Part shown: one piece after another, positions 56,514 through 63,779 of the stretch
How the letters are laid out: each line of letters begins with the position of its first letter
Numbering within the stretch: the first letter of the stretch is position 1
Virus record (IMG/VR): IMGVR_UViG_3300045988_176106
Source: a virus
DNA length: 64,000 nucleotides
Strand: one strand, 5' to 3'
Translations under genes and position numbers: made by a program
The notes under the pieces: model-generated
What the model saw: the letters and a program-made list of their open reading frames with translations, nothing else
Told to the model about the DNA's origin: nothing
The model's database searches: none

Positions 56514-56858
56514 CTAAAATACTACTTTACAACATAAAATTTCTCCAAATTTTATGTTATATTTTTCTAATGACAATTCTAATAAAGATTTAACCTCATC
56601 TTTATTTAAATCATCTTCAGAACATGTACTATATTGAATCGAAATATAATCATGTTCAGGAAAAGTATGCCAAGCGAAATGACTTGTTGATAATACAAAT
56701 ACTCCCGTATTTGCAATCATGTCTTCACTAAACATATAATGAGCACTAGAAACTATGCTCATATTTGCGTAATCACAAAATGTTTCAAACGCATTTTTTA
56801 ATTCCTCAAAATTATAAGTTGAAGAATTTTTCATATTAAAAATGTAGTGATTTAGCAT
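56514..56858 (-). CDS. speD: S-adenosylmethionine decarboxylase-like (SpeD/SpeH pyruvoyl family)
   Basis: VFVLSTSHFAWHTFPEHDYISIQYSTCSEDD aligns with B. subtilis SpeD [31 protein letters not shown]. The processing site reads T-S instead of E-S. Confidence 0.65.
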   Translation of the reverse strand: MLNHYIFNMKNSSTYNFEELKNAFETFCDYANMSIVSSAHYMFSEDMIANTGVFVLSTSHFAWHTFPEHDYISIQYSTCSEDDLNKDEVKSLLELSLEKYNIKFGEILCCKVVF

Positions 56859-56957
56859 ACAGCATGAAAGCTGGCGTATAAAGACACGCCATTATTACCT
56901 AGTGGACTTCTATGTCCTAACAAAAATAATAATAATCCCTAAGGATATGAAAACTAT

Positions 56958-57242
56958 TTACGCCAATGCGTTTTTCAGGCTATTAGCAACGGTTGCTTTA
57001 ACAACAGTTTTAGCAGGAATAGTCAATGCTTCACCAGTTTTAGGATTACGACCTTGACGCTCAGCACGTTCTTTAGCAGAGAATTTTACCAAACCAGGTA
57101 CAACTGCTTCTTCACCAGATTTAAGTGCTGTAACAACTTTTTCATGGACAAACTCAAACACTTCATTAAGATCACGTTCAGCAGCAGCTTTAGTGACACC
57201 TTTGTGTTCTGCCCAAGATTGAATCAATGATGATTTATTCAT
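56958..57242 (-). CDS. hup: HU/IHF-family DNA-binding protein
   Basis: FSAKERAERQGRNPKTGEALTIPAKTVVK is the HU arm signature. Start set at ATG 57242, preceded by GGAG. Confidence 0.85.
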   Translation of the reverse strand: MNKSSLIQSWAEHKGVTKAAAERDLNEVFEFVHEKVVTALKSGEEAVVPGLVKFSAKERAERQGRNPKTGEALTIPAKTVVKATVANSLKNALA

Positions 57243-57286
57243 TATAAACTCCAATATTAATGTAGATTTAACTACAAATTTTTGTT

Positions 57287-57784
57287 TTATTTTCTCTTTG
57301 TATAAACTTCTTGGAAGATAGTATAATCATCTTCATTAAATTCTGTAATGCCTTTAATAGAGTAATGTTTTGAAATTTCTTCAAATTTTAAACCAAATGA
57401 ATCAAAATCATATTCATAGTATCTCTTATCTTTGAATATAATTCTGTTTACAATTATTTCATCTGGAATAGCATTTTCAGCACAGAACTTATAAATAGAA
57501 GATCCGCCGCTAATAAGAACATTACAATCCGTATTGATAACATTAGACAACAAAGGATATTGTTTAGCCCCTTTTCTATTATTAATCACTACGGGAATAT
57601 TCAATCTTTTAGCTTTTGGCGGTAAATTTTCCCATGTTTTAGGACCACATACAGAAATGTCAGATTCTTGAAGAACTTTCATATACATTTGCATATCCAA
57701 TGGGCATTTCCAAGGAATAGAATTATTAAATCCTATACCATTGGTTCGCCCCTCGCAGGCATAAAACATTTTAATCATTTGCAC
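57287..57784 (-). CDS. folA: dihydrofolate reductase
   Basis: GIGFNNSIPWKCPLDMQMY, GPKTWENLP and LISGGSSIY match DHFR motifs (IGxxxxxPW..xxD and GGxxxY). Confidence 0.8.
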   Translation of the reverse strand: MQMIKMFYACEGRTNGIGFNNSIPWKCPLDMQMYMKVLQESDISVCGPKTWENLPPKAKRLNIPVVINNRKGAKQYPLLSNVINTDCNVLISGGSSIYKFCAENAIPDEIIVNRIIFKDKRYYEYDFDSFGLKFEEISKHYSIKGITEFNEDDYTIFQEVYTKRK

Positions 57785-58253
57785 CCTTAGAATAATACTC
57801 AGATATACTATTAATTAACCCATATGAAATAGGGTCTTTAAAATTCATAAGAAATTGACTGCTATCAAGTATATCAATATTTATTCGTCTATCAAACATA
57901 GATAGATTACGAATAATATTATAAGCAAATAGCATTTCTCCTTCTATCTGTTTATATACTTGATGTAAGTCAGCAGAATCACTACCTAAGGGGATAAACA
58001 AAATTTTCTTATTAACAATATTTTTAGGCAAATAAGAAAACTCATACTCAACAATATGAAATTTTGGATTATGAATAATATAAGGATTATTATAAAATTC
58101 TATATCATCTTTATGAAAACATTTAATGCTTGGCCCATAAACATAGTTCGGATTCATATCAATAATTTTTTCAAGATGAATATATCCATCAACATCTTCA
58201 GTATATCTAAAAAGTCCAATAGACTTATCATCAAAAATAATTTTTACAATCAT
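57771..58253 (-). CDS. hypothetical protein
   Basis: 160-aa ORF overlapping the folA start. Confidence 0.4.
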   Translation of the reverse strand: MIVKIIFDDKSIGLFRYTEDVDGYIHLEKIIDMNPNYVYGPSIKCFHKDDIEFYNNPYIIHNPKFHIVEYEFSYLPKNIVNKKILFIPLGSDSADLHQVYKQIEGEMLFAYNIIRNLSMFDRRINIDILDSSQFLMNFKDPISYGLINSISEYYSKGAND

Positions 58254-58259
58254 AATAAA

Positions 58260-58916
58260 TTAAAATGGAAGCTCATTATTATTAAATACAGCATCTAAAG
58301 CAATAGGTCTATTATTTCTATTACGAATCAAATTACTATTGCTCCTGAAAAATCTAGCTTTATAAATAGAATAATTCTTACTAAAAGATGGATACTTAAG
58401 TAAAATATTTTTATAAATTAATTCATCTTCTTCATCCAAATCAAAATCATCAAGATTATCAACAATAGATGCAATAATAATCAATTTTCCATTTTCAACC
58501 CTACAAATTGGTTCTGAATCTCCAAAAGGAACAACAACAAAAAACATTTTATTGTCTTTTACAATAGGATGAATATAAAAATAATCGACAAATTCATGCA
58601 AATTTGGATCTTTTAAAAATTTTTTACAATCTGCGCCTTCTTTTAATTTGGCTTTATAACGTGCACATGGATTAGAATTATAAGCATTTTTAAAATAATT
58701 TAAAGTAGCTTTTTCTTTTGAGCTTAAAAATCTAAAATTAGGATCAATCAGATTATCAACATCTTTAATTACAGTATAACAAGTATATAAATTGCCAGAA
58801 AATACTTTCATAAGATAATTCCTATTAAATGAAAAAGCTCCAGAGTCATAAAACTCCGGAGCTTTTTGAAAGTCATATATAATAACACACTTAGTATTTT
58901 TATGATCCAGTATCAT
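58260..58916 (-). CDS. hypothetical protein (start trimmed)
   Basis: The ORF-track N-terminus (MSPRRYAGSGAPGPS..) reads through a GC-rich structured island. The first plausible Met (MILDHK) is at 58916. Confidence 0.4.
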   Translation of the reverse strand: MILDHKNTKCVIIYDFQKAPEFYDSGAFSFNRNYLMKVFSGNLYTCYTVIKDVDNLIDPNFRFLSSKEKATLNYFKNAYNSNPCARYKAKLKEGADCKKFLKDPNLHEFVDYFYIHPIVKDNKMFFVVVPFGDSEPICRVENGKLIIIASIVDNLDDFDLDEEDELIYKNILLKYPSFSKNYSIYKARFFRSNSNLIRNRNNRPIALDAVFNNNELPF

Positions 58917-58968
58917 ATGATAAGTGAAGCGAGTCGAAAATATATGATTGATAAACTTAATAGTAAAA

Positions 58969-59078
58969 GTCCTACAGAAATGTAGGCCCGTGGAAGGCCC
59001 GGGGGCGCCGGAACCGGCGTACCTCCTGGGGCTCACCCGCGGGAGATGCCTAAGCTAACCTTGCGTTAGTTTAGGCAA
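58969..59078 (-). ncRNA. GC-rich structured island, candidate small RNA or 5' leader (unclassified)
   Basis: It shows a sharp GC spike in an AT-rich background. Minus-strand hairpins include UGCCUAA..CUAAC-GCAAG-GUUAG..UUAGGCA, CGCCGG-UU-CCGGCG and CCUACA-UUUC-UGUAGG. It lies between tRNA-Thr and a CDS. Confidence 0.35.
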
Positions 59079-59113
59079 AGTAAAATTAATTACTAAAAAC
59101 AATACCTAAATAT

Positions 59114-59187
59114 TGGTGCTGCCAATAGGAATCGAACCTATATACCTGGATTACAAAGCCAGTATAATACCATTATATTATGGCAGC
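59114..59187 (-). tRNA. tRNA-Thr: tRNA-Thr (anticodon UGU), CCA encoded
   Basis: Acceptor GCTGCCA/TGGCAGC, T-arm ATAGG-TTCGATT-CCTAT, anticodon loop TTTGTAA. Confidence 0.8.
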
Positions 59188-59193
59188 TTAACT

Positions 59194-59269
59194 TGGAGGT
59201 TATTAGTAGATTTGAACTACTCCTATATCCTTATGAGGGATATGTGCTAACCGACTACACCAAATAACC
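59194..59269 (-). tRNA. tRNA-Met: tRNA with anticodon CAU (Met or Ile2), CCA encoded
   Basis: Acceptor GGTTATT/AATAACC, anticodon arm TATCC-CTCATAA-GGATA, T-loop TTCAAAT. Confidence 0.8.
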
Positions 59270-59270
59270 T

Positions 59271-59295
59271 AAAAGTCAGACGTACGTCTGTTTTT
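59271..59295. terminator. palindromic hairpin flanked by A- and T-runs
   Basis: aaaagt-cagacgtacgtctg-ttttt. The palindrome is perfect and the element is orientation-independent. Confidence 0.4.
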
Positions 59296-59403
59296 GATTA
59301 GATATGATATGATCACCCGTGATCAGATCATATAATCAAAAATAAATAAATATATCATTTCCTAAGAAATGTAAAAATCTGACAAAAGCCAGAAAATTTT
59401 ATT

Positions 59404-59477
59404 GAGCCCTAGTGGCGTCCTGGCCTAGCTGTCGTGAAGGCCATGCGCCAAACGTCGTGGCCTGGTGCCTTGGGCTC
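59404..59477. ncRNA. 74-nt GC-rich closed helix element, candidate small RNA (strand unknown, unclassified)
   Basis: gagccc...gggctc closes the element. The interior has GGCC/GGCC and GGCG/CGCC pairings and an internal near-repeat (gtcgtgaaggcc / gtcgtggcc). It does not fold as a tRNA. Confidence 0.35.
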
Positions 59478-59526
59478 TGTAAAATTTTAATACATAAAAA
59501 ATCCTCTAAAGGATTTAATTATTAAA

Positions 59527-59599
59527 TGGATGCGAACCGCAGAGTCGAACTGGACCTCAAGGTTATGAGCCTCGTGTGCTACCGTTACACTAATTCGCA
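59527..59599 (-). tRNA. tRNA-Met: tRNA with anticodon CAU (Met or Ile2), CCA encoded
   Basis: Acceptor TGCGAAT/GTTCGCA, anticodon arm CGAGG-CTCATAA-CCTTG, T-loop TTCGACT. Confidence 0.75.
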
Positions 59600-59604
59600 A
59601 TAAT

Positions 59605-59679
59605 TGGAGACGAGTGAGGGAATTGCACCTTCCTCTACGGATTTGCAGTCCGTGGCACATCTGTCTATACCAACTCGTC
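59605..59679 (-). tRNA. tRNA-Cys: tRNA-Cys (GCA), CCA encoded
   Basis: Acceptor GACGAGT/ACTCGTC, anticodon arm ACGGA-CTGCAAA-TCCGT. Confidence 0.75.
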
Positions 59680-59681
59680 TA

Positions 59682-59770
59682 TGGCGGAAGTTATAGGAAT
59701 CGAACCTATGTCACGTTCTCACATGGACTCTGTTTAGCAAACAGGCACATTACCACTCTGTCAAACTTCC
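59682..59770 (-). tRNA. tRNA-Ser: tRNA-Ser (GCU), type II with long variable arm, CCA encoded
   Basis: Acceptor GGAAGTT/AACTTCC, anticodon loop TTGCTAA, long variable arm, T-arm ATAGG-TTCGATT-CCTAT. Confidence 0.75.
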
Positions 59771-59777
59771 GTTTGTA

Positions 59778-59966
59778 TTATTTTACTTCTCGAACATCAA
59801 GAACTCGTTTATTTTTGAAGTCAAACAAAACTTCGAAATCAAATTTTCCATCTTTATTTGCACGGTCTTGGAATTCAATTAATTTAGCTCTTAATTCTTC
59901 GGGAACGAAGAATCTTTTACTTAAACGAGCTGCAACATCTTTCAATCTTTTTTGACGATGAGTCAT
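59778..59966 (-). CDS. small basic protein inside the tRNA array (start trimmed)
   Basis: The ORF-track N-terminus overlaps tRNA-Gly. The Met at 59966 (MTHRQKRLKD...) gives 62 aa. Confidence 0.4.
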   Translation of the reverse strand: MTHRQKRLKDVAARLSKRFFVPEELRAKLIEFQDRANKDGKFDFEVLFDFKNKRVLDVREVK

Positions 59967-59980
59967 TTTAAAACCTTTAA

Positions 59981-60054
59981 TGGAGCGGGTAGCGAAACTC
60001 GAATTCGCATCATTAGCTTGGAAGGCTAAGGCACAACCTTTATACCATACCCGC
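59981..60054 (-). tRNA. tRNA-Gly: tRNA-Gly (UCC), CCA encoded
   Basis: Acceptor GCGGGTA/TACCCGC, anticodon arm TTAGC-CTTCCAA-GCTAA, T-arm GCGAA-TTCGAGT-TTCGC. Confidence 0.8.
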
Positions 60055-60486
60055 ATCTCTATGAAATACTTTACAATAAGATTTTATCTTATCTATTATA
60101 TTGCTTTGAACATATCCATCACGAGACAATGTTCTAGCATATACTTTATTTCTTCTATTATCAGTTCCATAAATAGAAATCATAAGAGTATCACTATTAA
60201 TATTATCAAAGAAATCTTTAACGAAGAAATCAATGCACTCTTTTATTTTAATAAGTCCACTTATTCCTATTGTGCCAGTAATACTATTATTATACATAGA
60301 AGAATCTATAGTATTTCTTTTTCTACCAATATAGGCAGCAACAACATAAACAGGAATTTTATTATATATTCTATTGAACCGAAAACTAATATAAACAAAG
60401 TTGTTACCAACTTTGTTCTTATAAAAGAATGATGGATAATCAGACTCTTCAATAATCTGATACATCCATCCTTTTTCTTCTATCAT
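60040..60486 (-). CDS. hypothetical protein inside the tRNA array
   Basis: 148-aa ORF. Its last 15 nt overlap the 5' end of tRNA-Gly. Confidence 0.4.
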   Translation of the reverse strand: MIEEKGWMYQIIEESDYPSFFYKNKVGNNFVYISFRFNRIYNKIPVYVVAAYIGRKRNTIDSSMYNNSITGTIGISGLIKIKECIDFFVKDFFDNINSDTLMISIYGTDNRRNKVYARTLSRDGYVQSNIIDKIKSYCKVFHRDAGMV

Positions 60487-60492
60487 AATTGG

Positions 60493-60571
60493 ATCCTCGA
60501 CAAAAAAATGTTACGATTCGTTTGCTTTTATTTCCAACAATAAAATGTAATCGTATACTGCATTCGAGGAT
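60493..60571 (-). other. 79-nt extended imperfect hairpin between tRNA-Ser and a CDS
   Basis: Three nested perfect helices: ATCCTCGA/TCGAGGAT (8 bp), TACGATT/AATCGTA (7 bp) and TTTTATT/AATAAAA (7 bp). Confidence 0.4.
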
Positions 60572-60579
60572 ATTTAACC

Positions 60580-60668
60580 TGGAGGAGGATAATGGAATCG
60601 AACCATCACCGTATCTCTACAGTGGGACGGTTTTCAAGACCGCTTCTACACCATGCAGCCTATCCTCC
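60580..60668 (-). tRNA. tRNA-Ser: tRNA-Ser (UGA), type II, CCA encoded
   Basis: Acceptor GGAGGAT/ATCCTCC, anticodon arm GCGGT-CTTGAAA-ACCGT, long variable arm, T-loop TTCGATT. Confidence 0.8.
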
Positions 60669-60687
60669 ATTTGTACAATTTGTTGTT

Positions 60688-61071
60688 TTACTTCGCCGGC
60701 TGAATATTATTTTCTTTAATATATTCATCCATTTTTTTATTAACAATTAGGCGAACTTTTGACATTTCTGGACTATTAGCAATAGTCTCTATTGTAGTGC
60801 CACCAAGATAAGCAGCAGACATGTAATAAACTTGCCGTTCATTAGGAACCAATGCGCACAATATAAGAGATGTAATTCCAAAGCTTAAAAGTTTTTTAAA
60901 TAATTTAATAGGATTGATATCTTTTAAGCTTTCAGTATTTTTTAAATCACATGATATAGGAATAGTTAGAAAAGCAAAAACTAAAAGAACTATACCGGTA
61001 GCACCAAAAAGAAGTTTCAAACCATTTGCAATTGATGCAAGATAAATTAGAAATACAATTCCTAAAGTCAT
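60688..61071 (-). CDS. membrane protein
   Basis: 127 aa with three hydrophobic segments (for example GIVFLIYLASIANGL and GIVLLVFAFLTIPI). Confidence 0.45.
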   Translation of the reverse strand: MTLGIVFLIYLASIANGLKLLFGATGIVLLVFAFLTIPISCDLKNTESLKDINPIKLFKKLLSFGITSLILCALVPNERQVYYMSAAYLGGTTIETIANSPEMSKVRLIVNKKMDEYIKENNIQPAK

Positions 61072-61279
61072 AACTATTCCTATTTATAAGTTATTTAATA
61101 GCCCCAAGATTCATTTTGGCTATAATATTTATAACCTCTTATTTTAATGTCTTTTAAAATTTTTAACAACTTAAAATAAATTTCACTATTTGTCATTTTT
61201 ATATCCTACAAATAATTTATTCAGTCTGGTACCCGAGGTGGGATTCGAACCCACAAGGTCATTACGACCGGAAGATTTT

Positions 61280-61991
61280 CCTACTACTCTTACTTTCGCA
61301 AGCCAATAAAAATTGTTGTAGTCTGGACTATATCATCACCTTTAGCATTATCTATTAAGGTGTCCTGTGCATAGTCTCTGAACCTTCCTCATATTAAAAT
61401 TAACTTAGAGGCTCGGCTGCTGATTGGCCAATTTCAGATATTTTTAAAACATTCGCATTCGTCATTTCTAACCATGCTGTAGTTATCTGAACTATAAGGC
61501 TTTTCCAGCAATTCTCAGGATTCTCATTTGCTGATTTCTCAACAATGACTCTTTGTTCATCTAAATATGAATGCAATTTGCTATGATCAGAACGAGACAT
61601 TAACAATAAATTACTTTTATCATTATTAAGATGGTTATCATCTATATGATGAATTACTTCATTTGAAGATAACTTTCTTCCTAATGCATTTTCAGCAATT
61701 TCTCTATGTAAGTTTTTAGAACTTTTGCTAACCTTTATATAATTGTTATTTGCTTTATTTTGCTTAGCAAAGAACAATTTTAAATTATAGCAATCTTTAC
61801 ATAGTCTTTGTTGTTTTCTCCATGCATCAAAAACAGTATTGCAAGCAACACATGTATTATGAAACATATATTTTGGCTTAGATCTTGCAAGATCTCTTGA
61901 TCTTTTACGATTGCATTCTTTGCATAATCTTCTGCCAGAGCTTCTTTCTGCTCCACAAATTTTACATATTAACAATTAAATGAACCCTACA
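61280..61991 (-). mobile_element. group I intron in tRNA-Leu(UAA), inserted after U34, carrying an HNH ORF
   Basis: The core contains GGTTCAGAGACTATGCAC (R-like) and GATATAGTCCAGAC (S-like). The intron ends ..TAGTAGG (omega-G). The 5' region GGGUU can pair with exon GACUU (P1 with U.G). Confidence 0.8.
61400..61975 (-). CDS. HNH homing endonuclease (intron-encoded), N-terminal zinc ribbons
   Basis: VIHHIDDNHLNNDKSNLLLMSRSDHSKLH is the HNH motif. CxxC pairs at the N-terminus. The only in-frame start is TTG at 61975. Confidence 0.8.
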   Translation of the reverse strand: MLICKICGAERSSGRRLCKECNRKRSRDLARSKPKYMFHNTCVACNTVFDAWRKQQRLCKDCYNLKLFFAKQNKANNNYIKVSKSSKNLHREIAENALGRKLSSNEVIHHIDDNHLNNDKSNLLLMSRSDHSKLHSYLDEQRVIVEKSANENPENCWKSLIVQITTAWLEMTNANVLKISEIGQSAAEPLS

Positions 61992-62079
61992 AAGTCTTCT
62001 GCATTTACCTGATTTCGCCACTCGGGTATATTGCCCTGTTATATACAGGACATATATTATTTGGCTGGCATGGTAGGGA

Positions 62080-62616
62080 CTATGCTTTATTTTCAGCTTT
62101 AGCCCAATATCCTCTAGGAGGTCTTTTCACGCCTAATAATTTACATCTTTTACCTATAGCAACATCGGATACACCTAAAAGTTTTGCAACTTCTACCATA
62201 GGTCTAGACCAAACCAATTCTTCTAAATCCTTAGCATTAATCTTAAATTTTCTTCTAAATTTTTTAGCACAACTAGAAGAACAATATTTTCTATCAGATG
62301 TATGTGTAACCTCAAAAATATTTCCGCATTCACACATCCTGTTTTCAAACACAATTCCCCTATCTTCAATCATATGGAGTCTAGTATGTTCAAGATTAGT
62401 CATTAATTGAAGATTATCTAAAGAATTATTAGCCTTGTTTCTATCTTTATGATGAACTACCTCATCAGGATACAAATCTCTACCTAAATGCCTTATCATT
62501 TTGAATCTATGTTCATAAATAATTCCGGCTTCATTTGCTAATTCATGTTCAGGAGCATAAGCCTGTATATACCCTAAGACTTTATTTAATTTAAATACTA
62601 AGTCTTCATCTTTCAT
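62080..62616 (-). CDS. free-standing HNH endonuclease with a C-terminal zinc ribbon and HTH
   Basis: VVHHKDRNKANNSLDNLQLMTNLEHTRLH is the HNH motif. Start trimmed to MKDEDL because the ORF-track N-terminus overlaps tRNA-His. Confidence 0.8.
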   Translation of the reverse strand: MKDEDLVFKLNKVLGYIQAYAPEHELANEAGIIYEHRFKMIRHLGRDLYPDEVVHHKDRNKANNSLDNLQLMTNLEHTRLHMIEDRGIVFENRMCECGNIFEVTHTSDRKYCSSSCAKKFRRKFKINAKDLEELVWSRPMVEVAKLLGVSDVAIGKRCKLLGVKRPPRGYWAKAENKA

Positions 62617-62655
62617 TTTTATTATATTAAAAAATAAAATCCATATAATCTTAAC

Positions 62656-62729
62656 TGGGGTGACAACTGGGAATTGAACCCAGATAGTCGGAATCACAAT
62701 CCGAGGCTTTACCATTAAGCTATTGCCAC
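62656..62729 (-). tRNA. tRNA-His: tRNA-His (GUG), with G-1:C73 possible, CCA encoded
   Basis: 5' end GTGGCAA.. and 3' end ..TTGTCACCCCA. Anticodon arm TCGGA-TTGTGAT-TCCGA, T-arm CTGGG-TTCAATT-CCCAG. Confidence 0.8.
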
Positions 62730-62922
62730 AGATAATGATTCTTTTAAGTTTAAAAATAATTATCTGTAGAAATTTTAAATATTTGGATAGTTCGGTTTAA
62801 ACCAATTTCATCACCGAAAGTTTTATAACACACTGGAACTTTGCCTATTCATTATATTTTAAAGCAATGCCGTACGTCAGAATAGGAATTAATTACAGCA
62901 CTTCTAATTTATTTTATTTTAT

Positions 62923-62994
62923 CATAGTGCGAAAGATTTGAACTCTCACTAACGGATTTGGAGTCCGTTGTGCTACCAATTACACTGGCACTAT
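62923..62994 (-). tRNA. tRNA-Trp: tRNA-Trp (CCA), 3' CCA not encoded
   Basis: Acceptor ATAGTGC/GCACTAT, anticodon arm ACGGA-CTCCAAA-TCCGT, T-arm GAGAG-TTCAAAT-CTTTC. Confidence 0.75.
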
Positions 62995-63115
62995 AAAGAT
63001 ATCGCTTTAAAGCGAATATGCATAATAATATAATTTAATATAAGTAATATAGCACTTGTGGTAGCTGACACCAATTTGTTTTGTCAGTGATAAAACCTAG
63101 ACAAAAGAAATACAT

Positions 63116-63406
63116 TTAATCAGGTAAATGTTGCCATGCAACAACATTTTTATTTTTAGATAAGAACATCAAATTTTCATATCTTCCGCAATATTTAGAG
63201 AGAAACACTTTATATTTCTTACCTCTAGAAACAGCACCATTAATTGGTTTTGCACTTAAAGAAGCCATTTCTCTATCGACAATCATTCTGCTGACATTAA
63301 TACTACCATCAGCATTTAGAATTATGATATCTTCACAGCAGCCTTTTTCAGATGGACAATCAATAAATCTCCATTTTTCATTATCCGCCGCATCTTCTAA
63401 ATACAT
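63116..63406 (-). CDS. hypothetical protein
   Basis: 96-aa ORF between tRNA genes. No confident motif. Confidence 0.4.
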   Translation of the reverse strand: MYLEDAADNEKWRFIDCPSEKGCCEDIIILNADGSINVSRMIVDREMASLSAKPINGAVSRGKKYKVFLSKYCGRYENLMFLSKNKNVVAWQHLPD

Positions 63407-63487
63407 CCAGTATTCAATATCTGCACTATTGTATTCTTTATAAATACTTATACCATCAATATCACCAACAGGAATTCCTGTAAATAC

Positions 63488-63661
63488 TTATTTACAGTTT
63501 TTTAAAAACTCTTCTCTTGGCAATATTTCATCATTAAATTCTTTAGGCAAATAACGCTCATAATAAGCAAAACCAACCACACCGTCTTTAGTTTTTACAA
63601 GAATATTTTTACGACTACGGTCTGGTTTCCGTTCTTTTATAGGAATCCATTTGTTATTCAT
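63488..63661 (-). CDS. small DUF551-like protein (below the ORF-track cutoff)
   Basis: Hand translation gives MNNKWIPIKERKPDRSRKNILVKTKDGVVGFAYYERYLPKEFNDEILPREEFLKNCK*. The KWIPIKERKP..ILV opening is typical of DUF551. Confidence 0.4.
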   Translation of the reverse strand: MNNKWIPIKERKPDRSRKNILVKTKDGVVGFAYYERYLPKEFNDEILPREEFLKNCK

Positions 63662-63687
63662 TTTTTATTTCCTATATATTTATATTT

Positions 63688-63775
63688 TGGTGAGGGCGGT
63701 TGGATTCGAACCAACTCCGTTTCATAGTGCCAGATTTACAGTCTGGTGCAATTCCGCCATCATTGCCGCACCCCC
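63688..63775 (-). tRNA. tRNA-Tyr: tRNA-Tyr (GUA), type II, CCA encoded
   Basis: Acceptor GGGGGTG/CGCCCTC (two G.U pairs), D-stem GCAA/TTGC, anticodon arm CCAGA-CTGTAAA-TCTGG, T-arm GTTGG-TTCGAAT-CCAAC. Confidence 0.8.
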
Positions 63776-63779
63776 ATAT

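Larger units (their letters stand above)
61227..62027 (-). tRNA. tRNA-Leu: tRNA-Leu (UAA) interrupted by a group I intron in the anticodon loop (exons 61992-62027 and 61227-61279)
   Basis: 5' exon is ACCCGAGTGGCGAAATCAGGTAAATGCAGAAGACTT. 3' exon is AAAATCTTCCGGTCGTAATGACCTTGTGGGTTCGAATCCCACCTCGGGTACCA. Joined, they give acceptor ACCCGAG/CTCGGGT, anticodon stem GAAGA/TCTTC and loop CTTAAAA. Confidence 0.8.

Noticed and set aside
58917-59036. N-terminal 40 residues of ORF 58260-59036 (MSPRRYAGSGAPGPS...)
   Set aside because: It reads through the GC-rich structured island, and its composition is unlike every other protein here. The start was trimmed to Met 58916.
59967-60056. N-terminal extensions of ORFs 59778-60056 and 62080-62715
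   Set aside because: They overlap well-formed tRNA-Gly and tRNA-His genes on the same strand. Internal Met codons give sensible proteins.
61991-61992. Alternative splice junction giving anticodon UUA (ochre suppressor) for the intron-containing tRNA
   Set aside because: The intron must end in G, which fixes the 3' exon as AAAATCTTC. A 7-nt loop then requires the 5' exon to end ..CTT, giving anticodon UAA (Leu). No in-frame TAA read-through is needed by any ORF.
62784-62886. Possible degenerate tRNA between tRNA-His and tRNA-Trp (starts with tgg; contains ttcggt/accgaa and cctattc/gaatagg stems)
   Set aside because: The stems do not form a cloverleaf. No acceptor pairing of the ends is possible, there is no T-loop, and the spacing is wrong. 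It was treated as plain hairpins.
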